Source of the DNA: Auanema rhodensis
Taxonomy: Eukaryota > Animalia > Nematoda
Direction of reading: 5' to 3'
NCBI GenBank assembly: GCA_964057225.1
Contig: OZ059894.1
Span: forward strand, 23,374,001-23,438,000
DNA length: 64,000 nt
Shown here: positions 52,449 through 64,000 of the stretch, one piece after another
Layout of the letters: each line of letters starts with the position of its first letter
Position numbering within the stretch: the first letter of the stretch is position 1
Notes under the pieces: generated by a model
What the model saw: the letters and a program-made list of their open reading frames with translations, nothing else
The model's database searches: none
Told to the model about the DNA's origin: nothing
Translations under genes and position numbers: made by a program

Positions 52449-55264
52449 ATATTAGTCTAAAAACAAATTTTTATTGATATTGGTGCATGGTAACCATGAC
52501 TTTGAAATTTACGTGAACTTTAATTTATGCTAATTAAATGTACACGTGATGTGCACTTGGTATGTAACTCGCTTCACGTGAAAGATAAAGAGATGCGGTT
52601 TTCAAAATTAGATTCCCCATGTCCATATTAGTCTAAAAACAAATTTTTATTGATATTGGTTCATGGTAACCATGACTTTGAAATTTACGTGAACTTTAAT
52701 TTATGCTAATTAAATGTACACGTGATGTGCACTTGGTATGTAACTCGCTTCACGTGAAAGATAAAGAGATGCGGTTTTCAAAATTAGATTCCCCATGTCC
52801 ATATTAGTCTAAAAACAAATTTTTATTGATATTGGTTCATGGTAACCATGATTTTGAAATTTACGTGAACTTTAATTTATGCTAATTAAATGTACACGTG
52901 ATGTGCACTTGGTATGTAACTCGCTTCACGTGAAAGATAAAGAGATGCGGTTTTCAAAATTAGATTCCCCATGTCCATATTAGTCTAAAAACAAATTTTT
53001 ATTGATATTGGTTCATGGTAACCATGACTTTGGAATTTACGTGAACTTTAATTTATGCTAATTAAATGTACACGTGATGTGCACTTGGTATGTAACTCGT
53101 TTTACGTGAAAGATAAAGAGATGCGGTTTTCAAAATTAGATTCCCTATGTCCATATTAGTCTAAAAACAAATTTTTATTGATATTGGTGCATGGTAACCA
53201 TGACTTTGAAATTTACGTGAACTTTAATTTATGCTAATTAAATGTACACGTGATGTGCACTTGGTATGTAACTCGCTTCACGTGAAAGATAAAGAGATGC
53301 GGTTTTCAAAATTAGATTCCCCATGTCCATAATAGTTTGAAAACAACTTTTTATTGATATTGGTGCATGGTAACCATGACTTTGAAATTTACGTGAACTT
53401 TAATTTATGCTAATTAAATGTACACGTGATGTGCACTTGGTATGTAACTCGCTTCACGTGAAAGATAAAGAGATGCGGTTTTCAAAATTAGATTCCCCAT
53501 GTCCATATTAGTCTAAAAACAAATTTTTATTGATATTGGTTCATGGTAACCATGTCTTTGAAATTTACGTGAACTTTAATTTATGCTAATTAAATGTACA
53601 CTTGATGTGCACTTGGTATGTAACTCGCTTCACGTGAAAGATAAAGAGATGCGGTTTTCAAAATTAGATTCCCCATGTCCATATTAGTCTAAAAACAAAT
53701 TTTTATTGATATTGGTTCATGGTAACCATGACATTGAAATTTACGTGAACTTTAATTCATGCTAATTAAATGTACACGTGATGTGCACTTGGTATGTAAC
53801 TCGCTTCACGTGAAAGATAAAGAGATGCGGTTTTAAAAATTAGATTCCCCATGTCCATGTTAGTCTAAAAACAAATTTTTATTGATATTGGTTCATGGTA
53901 ACCATGTCTTTGAAATTTACGTGAACTTTAATTTATGCTAATTAAATGTACACGTGATGTGCACTTGGTATGTAACTCGCTTCACGTGAAAGATAAAGAG
54001 ATGCGGTTTTAAAAATTAGATTCCCCATGTCCATATTAGTCTAAAAACAAATTTTTATTGATATTGGTTCATGGTAACCATGTCTTTGAAATTTACGTGA
54101 ACTTTAATTTATGCTAATTAAATGTACACGTGATGTGCACTTGGTATGTAACTCGCTTCACGTGAAAGATAAAGAGATGCGGTTTTCAAAATTAGATTCC
54201 CCATGTCCATATTAGTCTAAAAACAAATTTTTATTGATATTGGTTCATGGTAACCATGTCTTTGAAATTTACGTGAACTTTAATTTATGCTAATTAAATG
54301 TACACTTGATGTGCACTTGGTATGTAACTCGCTTCACGTGAAAGATAAAGAGATGCGGTTTTCAAAATTAGATTCCCCATGTCCATATTAGTCTAAAAAC
54401 AAATTTTTATTGATATTAATTCATGATAACCATGATTTTGAAATTTACGTGAACTTTAATTTATGCTAATTAAATGTACACGTGATGTGCACTTGGTATG
54501 TAACTCGCTTCACGTAAAAGATAAAGAGATGCGGTTTCCAAAATTAGATTCCCCATGTCCATATTAGTCTAAAAACAAATTTTTATCGATATTGGTTCAT
54601 GGTAACCATGACTTTGAAATTTACGTGAACTTTAATTTATGCTAATTAAATGTACACGTGATGTGCACTTGGTATGTAACTCGCTTCACGTGAAAGATAA
54701 AGAGATGCGGTTTTCAAAATTAGATTCCCCATGTCCATATTAGTCTAAAAACAAATTTTTATTGATATTGGTTCATGGTAACCATGACTTTGAAATTTAA
54801 GTGAACTTTAATTTATGCTAATTAAATGTACACGTGATGTGCACTTGGTATGTAACTCGCTTCACGTGAAAGATAAAGAGATGCGGTTTTAAAAATTAGA
54901 TTCCCCATGTCCATATTAGTTTAAAAACAAATTTTTATTGATATTGGTGCATGGTAACCATGACTTTGAAATTTACGTGAACTTTAATTTATGCTAATTA
55001 AATGTACACGTGATGTGCACTTGGTATGTAACTCGCTTCACGTGAAAGATAAAGAGATGCGGTTTTCAAAATTAGATTCCCCATGTCCATATTAGTCTAA
55101 AAACAAATTTTTATCGATATTGGTTCATGGTAACCATGACTTTGAAATTTACGTGAACTTTAATTTATGCTAATTAAATGTACACGTGATGTGCACTTGG
55201 TATGTAACTCGCTTCACGTGAAAGATAAAGAGATGCGGTTTTCAAAATTAGATTCCCCATGTCC

Positions 55265-57552
55265 ATATTAGTTTCAAAACAAATTTTTATTGATATTGGT
55301 GCATGGTAACCATGACTTTGAAATTTACGTGAACTTTAATTTATGCTAATTAAATGTACACGTGATGTGCACTTGGTATGTAACTCGCTTCACGTAAAAG
55401 ATAAAGAGATGCGGTTTCCAAAATTAGATTCCCCATGTCCATATTAGTCTAAAAACAAATTTTTATTGATATTGGTTCATGGTAACCATGTCTTTGAAAT
55501 TTACGTGAACTTTAATTTATGCTAATTAAATGTACACGTGATGTGCACTTGGTATGTAACTCGCTTCACGTGAAAGATAAAGAGATGCGGTTTTCAAAAT
55601 TAGATTCCCCATGTCCATATTAGTTTAAAAACAAATTTTTATTGATATTGGTGCATGGTAACCATGACTTTGAAATTTACGTGAACTTTAATTTATGCTA
55701 ATTAAATGTACACGTGATGTGCACTTGGTATGTAACTCGCTTCACGTGAAAGATAAAGAGATGCGGTTTTCAAAATTAGATTCCCCATGTCCATATTAGT
55801 CTAAAAACAAATTTTTATTGATATTGGTTCATGGTAACCATGACTTTGAAATTTACGTGAACTTTAATTTATGCTAATTAAATGTACACGTGATGTGCAC
55901 TTGGTATGTAACTCGCTTCACGTGAAAGATAAAGAGATGCGGTTTTCAAAATTAGATTCCCCATGTCCATATTAGTCTAAAAACAAATTTTTATTGATAT
56001 TGGTGCATGGTAACCATGACTTTGAAATTTACGTGAACTTTAATTTATGCTAATTAAATGTACACGTGATGTGCACTTGGTATGTAACTCGCTTCACGTA
56101 AAAGATAAAGAGATGCGGTTTCCAAAATTAGATTCATCATGTCCATATTAGTCTAAAAACAAATTTTTATTGATATTGGTTCATGGTAACCATGTCTTTG
56201 AAATTTACGTGAACTTTAATTTATGCTAATTAAATGTACACGTGATGTGCACTTGGTATGTAACTCGCTTCACGTGAAAGATAAAGAGATGCGGTTTTCA
56301 AAATTAGATTCCCCATGTCCATATTAGTTTAAAAACAAATTTTTATTGATATTGGTGCATGGTAACCATGACTTTGAAATTTACGTGAACTTTAATTTAT
56401 GCTAATTAAATGTACACGTGATGTGCACTTGGTATGTAACTCGCTTCACGTGAAAGATAAAGAGATGCGGTTTTCAAAATTAGATTCCCCATGTCCATAT
56501 TAGTCTAAAAACAAATTTTTATTGATATTGGTTCATGGTAACCATGACTTTGAAATTTACGTGAACTTTAATTTATGCTAATTAAATGTACACGTGATGT
56601 GCACTTGGTATGTAACTCGCTTCACGTGAAAGATAAAGAGATGCGGTTTTCAAAATTAGATTCCCCATGTCCATATTAGTCTAAAAACGAATTTTTATTG
56701 ATATTGGTGCATGGTAACCATGACTTTGAAATTTACGTGAACTTTAATTTATGCTAATTAAATGTACACGTGATGTGCACTTGGTATGTAACTCGCTTCA
56801 CGTAAAAGATAAAGAGATGCGGTTTCCAAAATTAGATTCATCATGTCCATATTAGTCTAAAAACAAATTTTTATTGATATTGGTTCATGGTAACCATGTC
56901 TTTGAAATTTACGTGAACTTTAATTTATGCTAATTAAATGTACACGTGATGTGCACTTGGTATGTAACTCGCTTCACGTGAAAGATAAAGAGATGCGGTT
57001 TTCAAAATTAGATTCCCCATGTCCATATTAGTTTAAAAACAAATTTTTATTGATATTGGTGCATGGTAACCATGACTTTGAAATTTACGTGAACTTTAAT
57101 TTATGCTAATTAAATGTACACGTGATGTGCACTTGGTATGTAACTCGCTTCACGTGAAAGATAAAGAGATGCGGTTTTCAAAATTAGATTCCCCATGTCC
57201 ATATTAGTCTAAAAACAAATTTTTATTGATATTGGTTCATGGTAACCATGACTTTGAAATTTACGTGAACTTTAATTTATGCTAATTAAATGTACACGTG
57301 ATGTGCACTTGGTATGTAACTCGCTTCACGTGAAAGATAAAGAGATGCGGTTTTCAAAATTAGATTCCCCATGTCCATATTAGTCTAAAAACGAATTTTT
57401 ATTGATATTGGTGCATGGTAACCATGACTTTGAAATTTACGTGAACTTTAATTTATGCTAATTAAATGTACACGTGATGTGCACTTGGTATGTAACTCGC
57501 TTCACGTGAAAGAAAAAGAGATGCGGTTTTCAAAATTAGATTCCCCATGTCC
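55265..57552. repeat. 4-monomer higher-order repeat (704 bp), ~3.2 units
   Basis: G132A (CACGTAAA) with T154C at 55396, 56100, 56804, each followed by T51, T9/G37 and consensus monomers. Confidence 0.88.
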
Positions 57553-57904
57553 ATATTAGTCTAAAAACAAATTTTTATTGATATTGGTTCATGGTAACCA
57601 TGACTTTGAAATTTACGTGAACTTTAATTTATGCTAATTAAATGTACACGTGATGTGCACTTGGTATGTAACTCGCTTCACGTGAAAGATAAAGAGATGC
57701 GGTTTTCAAAATTAGATTCCCCATGTCCATATTAGTCTAAAAACAAATTTTTATTGATATTAATTCATGATAACCATGATTTTGAAATTTACGTGAACTT
57801 TAATTTATGCTAATTAAATGTACACGTGATGTGCACTTGGTATGTAACTCGCTTCACGTGAAAGATAAAGAGATGCGGTTTTCAAAATTAGATTCCCCAT
57901 GTCC

Positions 57905-59664
57905 ATATTAGTCTAAAAACAAATTTTTATTGATATTAATTCATGGTAACCATGACTTTGAAATTTACGTGAACTTTAATTTATGCTAATCAAATGTGCA
58001 CGTGATGTGCACTTGGTATGTAACTCGCTTCACGTGAAAGATAAAGAGATGCGGTTTTCAAAATTAGATTCCCCATGTTCATATTAGTCTAAAAACAAAT
58101 TTTTATTGATATTGGTTCATGGTAACCATGACTTTGAAATTTACGTGAACTTTAATTTATGCTAATTAAATGTACACGTGATGTGCACTTGGTATGTAAC
58201 TCGCTTCACGTGAAAGATAAAGAGATGCGGTTTTCAAAATTAGATTCCTCATGTCCATATTAGTCTAAAAACAAATTTTTATTGATATTGGTTCATGGTA
58301 ACCATGACTTTGAAATTTACGTGAACTTTAATTTATGCTAATTAAATATACACGTGATGTGCACTTGGTATGTAACTCGCTTCACGTGAAAGATAAAGAG
58401 ATGCGGTTTTCAAAATTAGATTCCCCATGTCCATATTAGTCTAAAAACAAATTTTTATTGATATTGGTGCATGGTAACCATGACTTTGAAATTTACGTGA
58501 ACTTTAATTTATGCTAATTAAATGTACATGTGATGTGCACTTGGTATGTAACTCGCTTCACGTGAAAGATAAAGAGATGCGGTTTTCAAAATTAGATTCC
58601 CCATGTCCATATTAGTCTAAAAACAAATTTTTATTGATATTGGTGCATGGTAACCATGACTTTGAAATTTACGTGAACTTTAATTTATGCTAATTAAATG
58701 TACACGTGATGTGCACTTGGTATGTAACTCGCTTCACGTGAAAGATAAAGAGATGCGGTTTTCAAAATTAGATTCCCCATGTTCATATTAGTCTGAAAAC
58801 AAATTTTTATTGATATTGGTTCATGGTAACCATGACTTTGAAATTTACGTGAACTTTAATTTATGCTAATCAAATGTACACGTGATGTGCACTTGGTATG
58901 TAACTCGCTTCACGTGAAAGATAAAGAGATGCGGTTTTCAAAATTAGATTCCCCATGTTCATATTAGTCTAAAAACAAATTTTTATTGATATTGGTTCAT
59001 GGTAACCATGACTTTGAAATTTACGTGAACTTTAATTTATGCTAATTAAATGTACACGTGATGTGCACTTGGTATGTAACTCGCTTCACGTGAAAGATAA
59101 AGAGATGCGGTTTTCAAAATTAGATTCCTCATGTCCATATTAGTCTAAAAACAAATTTTTATTGATATTGGTTCATGGTAACCATGACTTTGAAATTTAC
59201 GTGAACTTTAATTTATGCTAATTAAATATACACGTGATGTGCACTTGGTATGTAACTCGCTTCACGTGAAAGATAAAGAGATGCGAATTTCAAAATTAGA
59301 TTCCCCATGTCCATATTAGTCTAAAAACAAATTTTTATTGATATTGGTGCATGGTAACCATGACTTTGAAATTTACGTGAACTTTAATTTATGCTAATTA
59401 AATGTACACGTGATGTGCACTTGGTATGTAACTCGCTTCACGTGAAAGATAAAAAGATGCGGTTTTCAAAATTAGATTCCCCATGTCCATATTAGTCTAA
59501 AAACAAATTTTTATTGATATTGGTGCATGGTAACCATGACTTTGAAATTTACGTGAACTTTAATTTATGCTAATTAAATGTACACGTGATGTGCACTTGG
59601 TATGTAACTCGCTTCACGTGAAAGATAAAGAGATGCGGTTTTCAAAATTAGATTCCCCATGTTC
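57905..59664. repeat. 5-monomer tandem duplication (880 bp)
   Basis: AATATA at 58348 and 59228; T87C (AATCAAAT) at 57991 and 58871; CCTC at the same spacing. Confidence 0.82.
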
Positions 59665-62600
59665 ATATTAGTCTAAAAACAAATTTTTATTGATATTGGT
59701 TCATGGTAACCATGACTTTGAAATTTACGTGAACTTTAATTTATGCTAATTAAATGTACACGTGATGTGCACTTGGTATGTAACTCGCTTCACGTGAAAG
59801 ATAAAGAGATGCGGTTTTCAAAATTAGATTCCCCATGTTCATATTAGTCTAAAAACAAATTTTTATTGATATTGGTGCATGGTAACCATGACTTTGAAAT
59901 TTACGTGAACTTTAATTTATGCTAATTAAATGTACACGTGATGTGCACTTGGTATGTAACTCGCTTCACGTGAAAGATAAAGAGATGCGGTTTTCAAAAT
60001 TAGATTCCCCATGTTCATATTAGTCTAAAAACAAATTTTTATTGATATTGGTTCATGGTAACCATGACTTTGAAATTTACGTGAACTTTAATTTATGCTA
60101 ATTAAATGTACACGTGATGTGCACTTGGTATGTAACTCGCTTCACGTGAAAGATAAAGAGATGCGGTTTTCAAAATTAGATTCCCCATGTTCATATTAGT
60201 CTAAAAACAAATTTTTATTGATATTGGTTCATGGTAACCATGACTTTGAAATTTACGTGAACTTTAATTTATGCTAATTAAATGTACACGTGATGTGCAC
60301 TTGGTATGTAACTCGCTTCACGTGAAAGATAAAGAGATGCGGTTTTCAAAATTAGATTCCCCATGTCCATATTAGTCTAAAAACAAATTTTTATTGATAT
60401 TGGTGCATGGTAACCATGACTTTGAAATTTACGTGAACTTTAATTTATGCTAATTAAATGTACACGTGATGTGCACTTGGTATGTAACTCGCTTCACGTG
60501 AAAGATAAAGAGATGCGGTTTTCAAAATTAGATTCCCCATGTCCATATTAGTCTAAAAACAAATTTTTATTGATATTGGTTCATGGTAACCATGACTTTG
60601 AAATTTACGTGAACTTTAACTTATGCTAATTAAATGTACACGTGATGTGCACTTGGTATGTAACTCGCTTCACGTGAAAGATAAAGAGATGCGGTTTTCA
60701 AAATTAGATTCCCCATGTTCATATTAGTCTAAAAACAAATTTTTATTGATATTGGTGCATGGTAACCATGACTTTGAAATTTACGTGAACTTTAATTTAT
60801 GCTAATTAAATGTACACGTGATGTGCACTTGGTATGTAACTCGCTTCACGTGAAAGATAAAGAGATGCGGTTTTCAAAATTAGATTCCCCATGTCCATAT
60901 TAGTCTAAAAACAAATTTTTATTGATATTGGTTCATGGTAACCATGACTTTGAAATTTACGTGAACTTTAACTTATGCTAATTAAATGTACACGTGATGT
61001 GCACTTGGTATGTAACTCGCTTCACGTGAAAGAGAAAGAGATGCGGTTTTCAAAATTAGATTCCCCATGTTCATATTAGTCTAAAAACAAATTTTTATTG
61101 ATATTGGTGCATGGTAACCATGACTTTGAAATTTACGTGAACTTTAATTTATGCTAATTAAATGTACACGTGATGTGCACTTGGTATGTAACTCGCTTCA
61201 CGTGAAAGATAAAGAGATGCGGTTTTCAAAATTAGATTCCCCATGTTCATATTAGTCTAAAAACAAATTTTTATTGATATTGGTTCATGGTAACCATGAC
61301 TTTGAAATTTACGTGAACTTTAATTTATGCTAATTAAATGTACACGTGATGTGCACTTGGTATGTAACTCGCTTCACGTGAAAGATAAAGAGATGCGGTT
61401 TTCAAAATTAGATTCTCCATGTTCATATTAGTCTAAAAACAAATTTTTATTGCTATTGGTGCATGGTAACCATGACTTTGAAATTTACGTGAACTTTAAT
61501 TTATGCTAATTAAATGTACACGTGATGTGCACTTGGTATGTAACTCGCTTCACGTGAAAGATAAAGAGATGCGGTTTTCAAAATTAGATTCCCCATGTCC
61601 ATATTAGTCTAAAAACAAATTTTTATTGATATTGGTGCATGGTAACCATGACTTTGAAATTTACGTGAACTTTAATTTATGCTAATTAAATGTACACGTG
61701 ATGTGCACTTGGTATGTAACTCGCTTCACGTGAAAGATAAAGAGATGCGGTTTTCAAAATTAGATTCCCCATGTCCATATTAGTCTAAAAACAAATTTTT
61801 ATTGATATTGGTTCATGGTAACCATGACTTTGAAATTTACGTGAACTTTAACTTATGCTAATTAAATGTACACGTGATGTGCACTTGGTATGTAACTCGC
61901 TTCACGTGAAAGATAAAGAGATGCGGTTTTCAAAATTAGATTCCCCATGTTCATATTAGTCTAAAAACAAATTTTTATTGATATTGGTGCATGGTAACCA
62001 TGACTTTGAAATTTACGTGAACTTTAATTTATGCTAATTAAATGTACACGTGATGTGCACTTGGTATGTAACTCGCTTCACGTGAAAGATAAAGATATGC
62101 GGTTTTCAAAATTAGATTCCCCATGTCCATATTAGTCTAAAAACAAATTTTTATTGATATTGGTTCATGGTAACCATGACTTTGAAATTTACGTGAACTT
62201 TAATTTATGCTAATTAAATGTACACGTGATGTGCACTTGGTATGTAACTCGCTTCACGTGAAAGATAAAGAGATGCGGTTTTCAAAATTAGATTCCCCAT
62301 GTTCATATTAGTCTAAAAACAAATTTTTATTGATATTGGTTCATGGTAACCATGACTTTGAAATTTACGTGAACTTTAATTTATGCTAATTAAATGTACA
62401 CGTGATGTGCACTTGGTATGTAACTCGCTTCACGTGAAAGATAAAGAGATGCGGTTTTCAAAATTAGATTCCCCATGTCCATATTAGTCTAAAAACAAAT
62501 TTTTATTGATATTGGTTCATGGTAACCATGACTTTGAAATTTACGTGAACTTTAATTTATGCTAATTAAATGTACACGTGATGTGCACTTGGTATGTAAC

Positions 62601-64000
62601 TCGCTTCACGTGAAAGATAAAGAGATGCGGTTTTCAAAATTAGATTCCCCATGTCCATATTAGTCTAAAAACAAATTTTTATTGATATTGGTGCATGGTA
62701 ACCATGATTTTGAAATTTACGTGAACTTTAATTTATGCTAATTAAATGTACACGTGATGTGCACTTGGTATGTAACTCGTTTCACGTGAAAGATAAAGAG
62801 ATGCGGTTTTCAAAATTAGATTCCCCATGTCCATATTAGTCTAAAAACAAATTTTTATTGATACTGGTTCATGGTAACCATGTCTTTGAAATTTACGTGA
62901 ACTTTAATTTATGCTAATTAAATGTACACGTGATGTGCACTTGGTATGTAACTCGCTTCACGTGAAAGATAAAGAGATGCGGTTTTTAAAATTAGATTCC
63001 CCATGTCCATATTAGTCTAAAAACAAATTTTTATTGATATTGGTTCATGGTAACCATGACTTTGAAATTTACGTGAACTTTAATTTATGCTAATTAAATG
63101 TACACGTGATGTGCACTTGGTATGTAACTCGCCTCACGTGAAAGATAAAGAGATGCGGTTTTCAAAATTAGATTCCCCATGTCCATATTAGTCTAAAAAC
63201 AAATTTTTATTGATACTGGTTCATGGTAACCATGTCTTTGAAATTTACGTGAACTTTAATTTATGCTAATTAAATGTACACGTGATGTGCACTTGGTATG
63301 TAACTCGCTTCACGTGAAAGATAAAGAGATGCGGTTTTCAAAATTAGATTCCCCATGTCCATATTAGTCTGAAAACAAATTTTTATTGATATTGGTTCAT
63401 GGTAACCATGACTTTGAAATTTACGTGAACTTTAATTTATGCTAATTAAATGTACACGTGATGTGCACTTGGTATGTAACTCGCTTCACGTGAAAGATAA
63501 AGAGATGCGGTTTTCAAAATTAGAATCCCCATGTTCATATTAGTCTAAAAACAAATTTTTATTGATATTGGTTCATGGTAACCATGACTTTGAAATTTAC
63601 GTGAACTTTAATTTATGCTAATTAAATGTACACGTGATGTGCACTTGGTATGTAACTCGCTTCACGTGAAAGATAAAGAGATGCGGTTTTCAAAATTAGA
63701 TTCCCCATGTCCATATTAGTCTAAAAACAAATTTTTATTGATATTGGTTCATGGTAACCATGACTTTGAAATTTACGTGAACTTTAACTTATGCTAATTA
63801 AATGTACACGTGATGTGCACTTGGTATGTAACTCGCTTCACGTGAAAGATAAAGAGATGCGGTTTTCAAAATTAGATTCCCCATGTTCATATTAGTCTAA
63901 AAACAAATTTTTATTGATATTGGTGCATGGTAACCATGACTTTGAAATTTACGTGAACTTTAATTTATGCTAATTAAATGTACACGTGATGTGCACTTGG

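Larger units (their letters stand above)
1..64000. repeat. 176-bp tandem satellite DNA array (~363.6 head-to-tail monomers), candidate centromeric/heterochromatic satellite; continues beyond both window edges
   Basis: The same sequence recurs every 176 bp (ATATTAGT at 1, 177, 353 ...). Lines at 1, 2641, 5281 ... 63361 (every 15 monomers = 2640 bp) start in the same phase. ORF starts 5711/5887/6063/6239 are 176 apart. No unique sequence or inversion seen. The centromeric role is inference only. Confidence 0.99.

Noticed and set aside
59284-59294. GCGGTTTTCAAA>GCGAATTTCAAA improving the inverted match to TTTGAAATT (template switch)
   Set aside because: Single occurrence, and each substitution occurs alone elsewhere (6838, 49959), so evidence is insufficient.
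1-64000. CRISPR array or other repeat-spacer system (regular period, palindromic segments)
   Set aside because: No unique spacers: the entire 176 bp is repeated, and there are no cas or other genes.

Overview
The whole 64,000-bp window is one uninterrupted, head-to-tail tandem array of a 176-bp AT-rich monomer (about 32% GC by hand count), about 363.6 copies, all in one orientation. Consensus (window phase 1-176): ATATTAGTYTAAAAACAAATTTTTATTGATATTGGTKCATGGTAACCATGWCTTTGAAATTTACGTGAACTTTAATTTATGCTAATTAAATGTACACGTGATGTGCACTTGGTATGTAACTCGCTTCACGTGAAAGATAAAGAGATGCGGTTTTCAAAATTAGATTCCCCATGTCC. Monomer n starts at 176(n-1)+1. Monomers differ from consensus by about 0-7 substitutions and I saw no indel. 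Length, AT content and homogeneity fit a eukaryotic centromeric or heterochromatic satellite (inference); I do not recognise the family or species. I found no genes, RNA genes, mobile elements or CRISPR spacers; the six 60-aa ORFs are artefacts of stop-codon SNPs. The information lies in (i) monomer architecture: a palindrome, three phased ACGTGA cores and an internal 11-bp subrepeat; (ii) strict length conservation; and (iii) nested higher-order duplications (2-, 4-, 5-, 6-, 8-, 13-, 22-, 31-36- and 110-113-monomer offsets) readable from diagnostic SNPs. I cannot support a novel protein-coding system. All variant calls were made by eye and need confirmation by alignment.
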